In this document: in pieces, positions 57,049-64,000 of the stretch
Position numbering within the stretch: position 1 is the stretch's first letter
Layout: each line of letters starts with the position of its first letter
Assembly: GCA_965219995.1 (NCBI GenBank)
Contig: CBDCOX010000002.1
Span: 5,088,001 to 5,152,000, forward strand
Origin: Candidatus Latescibacterota bacterium
Lineage (GTDB): Bacteria; Latescibacterota; UBA2968; GCA-2709665
Direction of reading: 5' to 3'
DNA: 64,000 nt
Notes under the pieces: generated by a model
Told to the model about the DNA's origin: nothing
The model's input: only the letters and a program-made list of their open reading frames with translations
Databases searched by the model: none
Made by a program: the position numbers and the translations under genes

Positions 57049-58191
57049 TTAGATGTATCCCGTGGATCCATCCGGGCGCACGGGCGCCGTGCGCTGCCAG
57101 TGGGGTGGATCGGTATCCGTAAGGGCGTCTTCGTTGACCTCGATGCCCAGGCCCGGACGGTCTCTGAGTTCCAGGTATCCGTCCACCGGCAGGTAGGGGT
57201 CCGGGACATAATCCATCCATCTCGAGCCCACCGGGATGACGTATTCCAGAATCTTGAAGTTATGCGTCGCGGCGGCGAAGTGCACGTTGACCGCGGTTGC
57301 GATCGGCCCCATCGGGTTGTGCGGCGCGAGGGTTACGTAATGCGCCTCGGCGATCGCGGCGATCTTCCGCATTTCGAGAAGGCCCCCGCACACGCAGACG
57401 TCGGGCTGTATGATGTCTGCGGCCCGTGTGGCGATGAGATTCAGGAATTCGAACCGCGCGTAGAGGCACTCCCCGGTTGCCAGCGGCACCTGCATCTGCT
57501 GTCGCAGCTGTTGCCAGGCCGGGATGTGTTCCGGTCTCAGCGGCTCTTCGTAGAAGAGGGGGTCGTAAGGGGCCAGCGCGTTGGCCAGCTGCAGGGCTCG
57601 AACTGGCTCGAAGATCTTCGCATGCGGATCGAACGCGAATTCCCAGTCGTCGGGGGTGCAATCGCGGAGTTCTTCGAAATACGTGGCCGCGGCGTCGCAG
57701 ACCCGCCCCCAGCGATTTGCGTCGGGATTCAACAGGAAGGGGCTGGTCTTGAACGCGGTGAACCCCCATTCGGCATTCAACCGCTGTGCGCCTTCCGCCG
57801 CAGCCTTTCCGGTCGGTCCGCCGCAGCTCTGGTAGACTCTCACCCGGTCCCGGAGGTTGCCTCCCAGAAGCATGTATACGGGTACGTTCGCCGCTTTGCC
57901 GCTGATGTCCCACAGCGCGTGCTCGATCCCGGAAATCGCGGCAAGGCCGGTGCCCCCTGCCGGAAATCGGAACTGCTGGTGGGTCTTCATCATCAGGTAT
58001 TCGATGCGCCGTGGGTCTTCCCCGACGAACCAGGTGGCGACGTAGTTCACGATGGGCTCGATGGAGAGGTCGGGCCCGATGGAATAGGCCTCGCCCCATC
58101 CGCACAGGCCCTCGTCGGTTTCGACCTTGACGAGCGCCCTGGGGCGGTTGCTGTAGGTGACGAGGAAGGTCTTTATCGCGGTAATTTTCAT
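57049..58191 (-). CDS. Galactonate dehydratase-like enolase-superfamily enzyme
   Basis: MKITAIK, GWGEA, ALWDISGK, DPHAK, YEEP, ATGE, QPD, APHN; start at the ATG at 58191. Confidence 0.9.
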   Translation of the reverse strand: MKITAIKTFLVTYSNRPRALVKVETDEGLCGWGEAYSIGPDLSIEPIVNYVATWFVGEDPRRIEYLMMKTHQQFRFPAGGTGLAAISGIEHALWDISGKAANVPVYMLLGGNLRDRVRVYQSCGGPTGKAAAEGAQRLNAEWGFTAFKTSPFLLNPDANRWGRVCDAAATYFEELRDCTPDDWEFAFDPHAKIFEPVRALQLANALAPYDPLFYEEPLRPEHIPAWQQLRQQMQVPLATGECLYARFEFLNLIATRAADIIQPDVCVCGGLLEMRKIAAIAEAHYVTLAPHNPMGPIATAVNVHFAAATHNFKILEYVIPVGSRWMDYVPDPYLPVDGYLELRDRPGLGIEVNEDALTDTDPPHWQRTAPVRPDGSTGYI

Positions 58192-58448
58192 GGTGGAAGC
58201 TCTCCTTTGGTTGGGGATTCGGGCGTTGGGCCTGATTCGGGATTGTACAGGAAGAGGTCGCCGGGCGTGCAATCGAGCGCCTGGCAGAGCGATTCGATGG
58301 TGGCCAGATCGATCCGCTTCGCCCGGTTATTGAAAATGGCCGAGACGGTGTTGGCCTGAAGACCCGTCAACCCCGCGACTTCCGAAATCCTGTACGGACG
58401 GTCCGGTCCTTTTTCAGCCATGAGGATATGGAGTTGGAATTTCAGCAT
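58188..58448 (-). CDS. Cro/C1-type HTH regulator, translationally coupled to the dehydratase
   Basis: ISEVAGLTGLQANTVSAI...IDLATIESLCQALDCTPGDLF; ATGA overlap. Confidence 0.85.
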   Translation of the reverse strand: MLKFQLHILMAEKGPDRPYRISEVAGLTGLQANTVSAIFNNRAKRIDLATIESLCQALDCTPGDLFLYNPESGPTPESPTKGELPP

Positions 58449-58723
58449 ACGACGAGTCTGCGTTTCGGTTTTCGGGGTGACGGGTGGCGACAATGATCCG
58501 CTGAAAAAATGTAATAAAGATGGTTAAAAATATAAAATATATTTGTTTTCACGTAATTAGTTACTTTCCAATTGAGAGAAGCCAATCTATCGGCCGACGT
58601 AGCGTCGACGAAGCAGATAGGGTGGACTGCGTGACAGAAACGGTCTGACAAGACGCCTTCGTCTGCATTTGTCGCACCGTGTTACCTGAATCCGGGGTGT
58701 TTCTCCCGCGCTTTCAAGGTCTC

Positions 58724-59224
58724 TCAGTCGGTGATGGTGAGCGAGATGCCCGCCTTCGCGCCGAATTTATCCTCCGTCTCGTCGCCCACGCCCCGGTCCA
58801 CGGTGGATTCGACGAATAAGCGCAGCGGCCCCAGCCATTTGATGTTCAGCCCCGCGACGGCGGAAACGAGCACTTTCGTAGACGATCCGTCGATCAGTTC
58901 GGCATCCGATTCCTCTTTGGTATAAATCACGCCGCTTCCAACGCCGGCGTAGACACGCAACGAGCCTCCCAGAGAGAATTTGTAGAGTCCGCGGATGGAC
59001 AGCGGCACCGTGATATTGCCGTCTTTGGTGTAGTATTCGCCGGCCAGCATGATCCCGGCGGGTTTGCTTCCGAACGGCATGATTACGGATCCGTGCCAAC
59101 CGGGTTCTTTCTCTTCGACGTACAGACCGCCCCCGGCGCGGAAGGCGATCTGCGCGTGGGTATCCGTGGCGGCCGCACCCAGCAGGCAGAAGACGGCAAA
59201 TGCCGGGGCGAGATATCTGATCAT
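58724..59224 (-). CDS. Secreted or outer-membrane beta-barrel protein
   Basis: Signal peptide ending THA; amphipathic strands; YAGVGSG motif. Confidence 0.65.
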   Translation of the reverse strand: MIRYLAPAFAVFCLLGAAATDTHAQIAFRAGGGLYVEEKEPGWHGSVIMPFGSKPAGIMLAGEYYTKDGNITVPLSIRGLYKFSLGGSLRVYAGVGSGVIYTKEESDAELIDGSSTKVLVSAVAGLNIKWLGPLRLFVESTVDRGVGDETEDKFGAKAGISLTITD

Positions 59225-59273
59225 GAATTCGCTCTCCTTTCGTGATTGAAATGACTGGATCGGGACTCCGCCT

Positions 59274-59636
59274 TCAATACCCGTAGGCGATTCCCAGGCG
59301 AACCGCAGCCGCCCGCAGATTACCCTCGGAAGTCCACAGCAGCAGGTCCGACAGGCGGGCGGAAGCCATCAGGTGCGCGTCGATATAGCCCACCCCCGCG
59401 GCCGACAACCTGTGGTGATCGATGAAATGCAGGACCTCCCGCTGGCTGGCCGCGGATGCCTGCGGAAGCGTCTGGATCAGCGCGAGGAATTCCGTTCTGT
59501 TGTCCAGTGTCCCGCAGGCAAGTTCTCCGACGATCAGCGGATGGCTGGCGACCCTGGCTTCACGAAGGAGCGACCTCAGGCGTTGATTCCCCGAGCGGAG
59601 GAACGAGACCCATATCGGCGTATCGACAAGGACCAT
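59274..59636 (-). CDS. vapC: VapC PIN-domain toxin
   Basis: MVLVDT, HPLIVGELACG, GYIDAHL, LWT. Confidence 0.9.
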   Translation of the reverse strand: MVLVDTPIWVSFLRSGNQRLRSLLREARVASHPLIVGELACGTLDNRTEFLALIQTLPQASAASQREVLHFIDHHRLSAAGVGYIDAHLMASARLSDLLLWTSEGNLRAAAVRLGIAYGY

Positions 59637-59638
59637 GG

Positions 59639-59836
59639 CTACGGATTTTCCGATCGACGCCTCGGGACCGGCAGCAGACTTTCCTCAGAGCCTTCGAGTT
59701 CCGCGAGGCGTTTGCTGCTTTCACGGGCGATCAGGGCTTCGAGGCCCAACCTGACCAGAGCGGTTTTCTGTTTGACTCCCGTTAACGTGGATGCACGGCT
59801 CAGCAGGGTATCGTCTATATTCAGTGTCGTTCGCAT
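59639..59836 (-). CDS. vapB: VapB antitoxin
   Basis: MRTTLNIDDTLL...KTALVRLGLEALI; directly upstream of vapC. Confidence 0.9.
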   Translation of the reverse strand: MRTTLNIDDTLLSRASTLTGVKQKTALVRLGLEALIARESSKRLAELEGSEESLLPVPRRRSENP

Positions 59837-59844
59837 ATGTAATA

Positions 59845-59865
59845 ATATGTATATATTATACATAT
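59845..59865. promoter_or_regulatory. vapBC operator palindrome
   Basis: ATATGTATA-TAT-TATACATAT, between a minus-strand TTGACT (59872-59867) and the vapB ATG. Confidence 0.65.
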
Positions 59866-59970
59866 AAGTCAATAGTAATAATATGCATAGCATGAAGCAC
59901 CGCAGAATCATGCCAGGAGTCGATGCCGCACGAGATTTGCTTTAGCGAGTAAACGACGGTATGTTACGAT

Positions 59971-60213
59971 AACCGGTGAGACGCAAGACGGTAGACGGTA
60001 GATGACATCCCTGCCCGATTGGTTCTTCCTTAATGCCTCCGGCAAGAAATGATTACGCCGGAGCGCCATATTGAATCATCTGCGCCGTGGTCTTGAGACA
60101 GACAAGAACGAGTTATGTTCTCACCCGTGCCTGATTCCTTGCCATAATCGCTACAACAAAAAAAATTATAGGGCACTCATATCCTCTCCCCGCTTACGTC
60201 TAACGTCTCCCCG
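59971..60213. mobile_element. MITE-like element, family A, copy 5 (reverse orientation)
   Basis: GACGGTAGATGACATCC, CCCGATTGGTTC and ATAGGGCACTCAT are reverse complements of motifs in copies 3 and 4. Confidence 0.75.
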
Positions 60214-60234
60214 ACTTTAGGAGAGGTGAGACTC

Positions 60235-60672
60235 ATGGCCGAAAAATTCAAACTGATTCCTGAAGCGCACGTCTTTCTGATGAACGGGCGCGGTGAAGTG
60301 TTGCTGTTGCGACGTTTCAATACGGGATACGAGGATGGCAAGTACAGCGTGATCGCGGGGCATATCGACGGGAACGAGGAGGTCCGGGCGGCGGCAGTCA
60401 GGGAAGCCCGGGAGGAGGCGGGAGTCGATATCCGGCTATCGGACATCGAGGTCGTGGGCGTCATGCACCGTAGGAGCGACGGCGAGCGGGTGTCGTTCTT
60501 TCTTGCCGCCTCCAGGTGGCGCGGCAATGTTGTCAACGCCGAGCCCGGTCTGTGTGACGACCTGTCCTGGCATTCGGTACACGACCTCCCCGACAATATG
60601 GTGCCGTACGTCAGGACAGCGATCGAGAATTACCTGAACGGCAGGTTCTACGACAGCTTCGGCTGGGACTGA
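60235..60672 (+). CDS. NUDIX hydrolase
   Basis: Nudix box GHIDGNEEVRAAAVREAREEAG; LLRRFNTGYEDG. Confidence 0.92.
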   Translation: MAEKFKLIPEAHVFLMNGRGEVLLLRRFNTGYEDGKYSVIAGHIDGNEEVRAAAVREAREEAGVDIRLSDIEVVGVMHRRSDGERVSFFLAASRWRGNVVNAEPGLCDDLSWHSVHDLPDNMVPYVRTAIENYLNGRFYDSFGWD

Positions 60673-60716
60673 GCATCCCGAAGTCACGGCAGGTTTGAGA
60701 GAGGACTACGATAGAC

Positions 60717-61166
60717 ATGAAAGACAGGACAATCGATCTCACCGTCCCGATACCCCCTCAATTGAGGGTCCTTCTGGTTATACTCGGCATCGTTCACGTC
60801 ATCGGCGGCGCTCTTTTTCTCGGCACCGGACACGGCTTTTTCGGTGTCCTGAATCTGGTCCTCGGCCCGTCGTGGCTGTCGTGGGGCCTGTTCTACGACC
60901 GGATCAACAGGCATGCCGTCGAGAATCATGAGGGGCACGTGAGAGTCACCAGGGGTCTCTTCAGGAGCCGCAGAATACCGTGGGGATCGATTTCCGAGAT
61001 TCGTCTGGCGGCGACGGGAATGGAGATCCGGGTAAGGGAAGGAAAAGGCACGACCGTGAACTTCGGCGGAATGAGTCATGCCGCGAATCAGTCGATAAGA
61101 AACGAGTTTGAATTGAAACTCGTACCCGTTGCCGGCGCCAAGGGGATTCCGGTTGTAGAGGTTTAA
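60717..61166 (+). CDS. Hypothetical membrane protein (2 TM plus a PH-like domain)
   Basis: GAGG RBS; two hydrophobic segments; IPWGSISEI. Confidence 0.65.
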   Translation: MKDRTIDLTVPIPPQLRVLLVILGIVHVIGGALFLGTGHGFFGVLNLVLGPSWLSWGLFYDRINRHAVENHEGHVRVTRGLFRSRRIPWGSISEIRLAATGMEIRVREGKGTTVNFGGMSHAANQSIRNEFELKLVPVAGAKGIPVVEV

Positions 61167-61188
61167 CCCTTCCGATTTAAAATCAGAA

Positions 61189-61250
61189 ACTTACATCGAT
61201 AGACAGGATGGACTGGATAAATCCGAACCCGGCCAGGATTAACAGGATTA
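61189..61250. repeat. Family B 9-mer repeat element
   Basis: TTACATCGATAGACAGGATGGACTGGATAAA...CAGGATTAACAGGATTA. Confidence 0.6.
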
Positions 61251-61317
61251 GAAACCAAGAGCAGGGCAAATGCTCGCGATTCCGGGTCACCGCGTTGAAT
61301 CCGACAGGAGATCCAAC

Positions 61318-62526
61318 ATGAGCGACGGATCGCTCGAAGGTCTCAACTATTTCGCGGAAATCGCGGCGTCGTACGATCGGGTCCAGCCGGTCCTGAGTCC
61401 GCCATACGCGGCGGGCATTAAGATGATCGTCGATCTGATTCCCTTCGGTTCGGACGATCCGTTCAAATTCGTGGATCTCGGCTGCGGTACGGCGGAGCCG
61501 ACGGCGCGGGTGCTGGCGCACTTTCGCCGGTCCGAAGGGTGTTGCATCGACAGTGAACCGGAGATGCTGCGGATTGCGAAGCGCAAACTGACGCCGTACG
61601 GGGACAGGATCGAAGTACGGGAAGCGGACATTACCCGCTGCGCGCTCCGGTCGTGCGACGTGATGTTTTCGGCGAAGAGCAATTCGGTCATCGTGGACAA
61701 GAGCTACCTCCAGGGCGCCGGCATTCACCCACTCCTTGAACTGCAGAACGATTGGAAGCTGTTGTTCCCGAACGCGTTCTTCTTCGAGGTCGCATCCACC
61801 GACAAGACCGCACGCGAACGGTGCCTGGAAAAGCTGCGCCAAATCCATCGGTCCGGACGGCTGCGCGTGGCTCCGAACATGGGCGAACTGCTCCGGAGGG
61901 AGATTCACACGCTGAACGGGGCGGGCCTTCCTTCGGAAAACACCGTCGAGGGTCTGGACCTCGACACCTTCTTCGGCATTCGGTTCGACGACCTCTCAAG
62001 GGCCAGACGCGAGGCACTGCGGAGTACGGAAGCCGACTTCGACCGCGGGGCCGATGGGCTCGTCGCGTGCGCCGGCACGCTGCAAGGGCGGTTTCGCGGT
62101 ACATGCGAAGGCACTACGGAGCAGCGCAAGGAGGCGTACCGCCGCGCCAGGGAGACGGTCGCTCGAGACCCGGATTTCATTACGCGGTTCTTCGCCGATT
62201 TCGTCTGCCAGGGCACCCACGCTCCGCCCGGCGCGCCTTTGCTCGCGACAGCCGCCCGAGACGGCCGGCTTGGACCGCAGTGGACGATCTACCGATGGCT
62301 GCAGGCGCAGCTTCTCTACGGACTCGAGCTAACGGAGGGAAACCCCGGCCTGACCGGAGAGGCCCTCACGCCAGATCTGCGAGAAAGGTTGCAACACGAT
62401 GTGGTCGACATGGAGTACTTGGTGCTCGGCGCGTTGCAGGGCGCCTTGGCCTCCAAAGACAAGCGAATGCGGGGAATGTTCAAGCTGCTCCGGCCTCAAG
62501 GCGTGCTTCTGCCCGTGCGACTGTAA
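61318..62526 (+). CDS. Chimeric ORF: truncated class I SAM methyltransferase fused to a PIN-like domain
   Basis: VDLGCGT, CIDSEPEML and EADI end at CDVMFSAK; then VIVDKSYL...FFE...HDVVDMEYL...LASKD. Confidence 0.65.
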   Translation: MSDGSLEGLNYFAEIAASYDRVQPVLSPPYAAGIKMIVDLIPFGSDDPFKFVDLGCGTAEPTARVLAHFRRSEGCCIDSEPEMLRIAKRKLTPYGDRIEVREADITRCALRSCDVMFSAKSNSVIVDKSYLQGAGIHPLLELQNDWKLLFPNAFFFEVASTDKTARERCLEKLRQIHRSGRLRVAPNMGELLRREIHTLNGAGLPSENTVEGLDLDTFFGIRFDDLSRARREALRSTEADFDRGADGLVACAGTLQGRFRGTCEGTTEQRKEAYRRARETVARDPDFITRFFADFVCQGTHAPPGAPLLATAARDGRLGPQWTIYRWLQAQLLYGLELTEGNPGLTGEALTPDLRERLQHDVVDMEYLVLGALQGALASKDKRMRGMFKLLRPQGVLLPVRL

Positions 62527-62629
62527 GGGAGGCCTTGGTGTCCCGGGTCGAGTTCAACGCCGGAGATTGGAGAGTTGCATTGGAGTACGTCGGTCACGGT
62601 CTGGCGGGATCGACAGGATTGACGGGCGT

Positions 62630-62645
62630 GTAGCCTGTTGGCTAC
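62630..62645. promoter_or_regulatory. TA operator palindrome inside the promoter
   Basis: GTAGCC-TGTT-GGCTAC, downstream of TTGACG (62619) and just before the toxin ATG. Confidence 0.6.
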
Positions 62646-62654
62646 TAATTGAGT

Positions 62655-62945
62655 ATGCTGGCAGTTCGCAAGACCGAGGTCTATGCCCGGTGGCTGGACG
62701 GATTGCGCGATGTGCGCGCCCGCGCCCGCGTGCTGGTGCGGGTCGAACGGCTTGCCGGCGGCAACCCGGGTGATGTCAGGCCGGTGGGCGAAGGCGTCTC
62801 CGAACTGCGGATCGACTATGGACCCGGCTACCGGGTGTACTTCAGGCGGCAGGGCCGAACGGTCATCGTGCTGCTGGCGGGCGGCGATAAGCGCAGCCAG
62901 AGCGCCGACATCGAGACGGCCCTGCGCCTTGCGCGGAACCTGTAG
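62655..62945 (+). CDS. RelE/HigB-like addiction module toxin
   Basis: WLDGLRD, GNPGD, GVSELRIDYGPGYRVY, LLAGGDK. Confidence 0.92.
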   Translation: MLAVRKTEVYARWLDGLRDVRARARVLVRVERLAGGNPGDVRPVGEGVSELRIDYGPGYRVYFRRQGRTVIVLLAGGDKRSQSADIETALRLARNL

Positions 62946-62954
62946 GTGGAGACC

Positions 62955-63254
62955 ATGACCAAGACCGCCACATCGCCTTACGACGTTGCCGAGCACCTGC
63001 GCACGCGCGAGGACATGGCGGCGTACCTGGAGGCGTCCATCGAAGAGGCACGCGGCGACGCCGCGTTCGTGGCCAAGGCGCTGGGGGACATCGCCCGCGC
63101 GCGGGGCATGGCACAGGTGGCGAGCGACGCGGGGCTGTCCCGCGAGAGCCTCTACAAGGCGCTGTCCGGCGAGCGCGTTCCGACCTTCGACACCGTTCTC
63201 CGGGTGGTCGGAGCATTGGGGCTCAAGTTGCGGGCCGAGGCTGACACGCTGTAA
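62955..63254 (+). CDS. Addiction module antidote (HigA-like HTH)
   Basis: YDVAEHL, ALGDIARARGM, GLSRESLYKALS, PTFDTV. Confidence 0.92.
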   Translation: MTKTATSPYDVAEHLRTREDMAAYLEASIEEARGDAAFVAKALGDIARARGMAQVASDAGLSRESLYKALSGERVPTFDTVLRVVGALGLKLRAEADTL

Positions 63255-63321
63255 GGGACGCCCTTGTGGTGGCCCGTCTCGCTGCATTGCTCGCCCCGCC
63301 ACAGGCGATCGCGAGTCGCCG

Positions 63322-63909
63322 CTACAGAACGATGTCGATCTCTGCGTTGAGCCTGCCCTCGCCGGCGGGAGTCAGGTTCGTGGTCTGCAGCGCTGCCGCC
63401 TCGCGGGATCGCGCTTGGCGTGCGGCGTCTCCAAGTCCGGCGAAGTAGACCTGGCTGGTCAGCAGTTCCTCCCCGTCCGACCACACCTTGTAGTGCACGT
63501 GCGGGACCGGTCTGGCTCGGTAGCTGCCCGGCACGTAGGTGCGGAAGCCGAACGCGCCGGCGTCGTCCGTCACGGCCTCGCCGTAGTACAGGAACTCCTC
63601 CATCAGGCGCTCCTGGCCCCGGTCGCGCGGGTGCTTGTACCGCCCCTCGGGGTCCGTCTGCCAGATGTCCACGACCACGCCGACGCGGGGCGTCGCGTCC
63701 GGCGCGAGCACGCGCCCGCCGAGGTGGAGGACATCGGTTCTCGGGGTGCCGACGATCAGGTCGCTCGTACGGTTACGGGGGCCGCGCGGATAGAACGGCC
63801 CGGTATAGTCGCGTGGGGTCTTCGGGAGCGGCTCCGCCATCGAGAGAGGTCCCGTACCGGCAATGAGGCTGGCGGCGACCGCGGATCGAACCAGCTTGCG
63901 TCGATTCAT
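63322..63909 (-). CDS. Intradiol ring-cleavage dioxygenase-like protein with a Tat signal
   Basis: MNRRKLV signal; GPFYP, IWQTDPEGRY, PGSY..RPVPHVHYKV. Confidence 0.85.
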   Translation of the reverse strand: MNRRKLVRSAVAASLIAGTGPLSMAEPLPKTPRDYTGPFYPRGPRNRTSDLIVGTPRTDVLHLGGRVLAPDATPRVGVVVDIWQTDPEGRYKHPRDRGQERLMEEFLYYGEAVTDDAGAFGFRTYVPGSYRARPVPHVHYKVWSDGEELLTSQVYFAGLGDAARQARSREAAALQTTNLTPAGEGRLNAEIDIVL

Positions 63910-64000
63910 CGCACGTCCCTCCTGCCCTGACTATACGCCTTTCGGAGGGCGTTCCGTCGCTGCTTCTACGCCGCTTCTATGCCGCTCCTGGGCCGCTCCT

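Noticed and set aside
1-64000. CRISPR array, retron or DGR
   Set aside because: No regularly spaced repeat-spacer run, cas operon or reverse transcriptase was seen; the Cas4-like domain is part of a DUF2779-like fusion.
63959-64000. 11-bp tandem repeat (GCCGCTTCTAT-like, x4)
   Set aside because: Degenerate and cut by the window edge, so it cannot be interpreted.

Overview
High-GC bacterial chromosomal window with no rRNA, tRNA, CRISPR array, integrase or transposase that I can recognise. The gene mix (many enolase-superfamily, Gfo/Idh/MocA and AP-endonuclease-2 fold enzymes, DUF3604, short intergenic repeat families) resembles heterotrophs such as Latescibacterota or Poribacteria; this taxonomic guess is inference only. 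Most of the window is housekeeping or catabolic: RND efflux pair, apbC/mrp, ggt, rarA, polX, nth, dksA, dusB, larB, peptidases, a GT2-radical SAM-GT2 cluster and sugar-acid enzymes. The main accessory feature is an AT-richer island of about 11.5 kb (about 33.0-44.6 kb) after dksA. It starts with a WYL regulator, a palindromic operator-like site, a 928-aa ATPase with three AAA+ modules (the first module is duplicated) and two co-oriented unknown genes. It continues with a Cas4-like/DEDD double nuclease (DUF2779-like), a GIY-YIG/T5orf172 nuclease, a decayed PD-(D/E)XK gene, a UDG-fold protein and an internally deleted brnT with intact brnA. This is my best candidate for an undescribed anti-phage or DNA-stress system. 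Other notable points: five copies of a MITE-like element, a cassette-like arrangement of shared repeats around the SWIM and GH127-like genes (26-30.6 kb), a methyltransferase-PIN chimera at 61.3-62.5 kb, an unannotated 42-aa protein with its own promoter and terminator, and a PolX lacking its third catalytic Asp. All product calls come from motif recognition by eye; no database searches were run.
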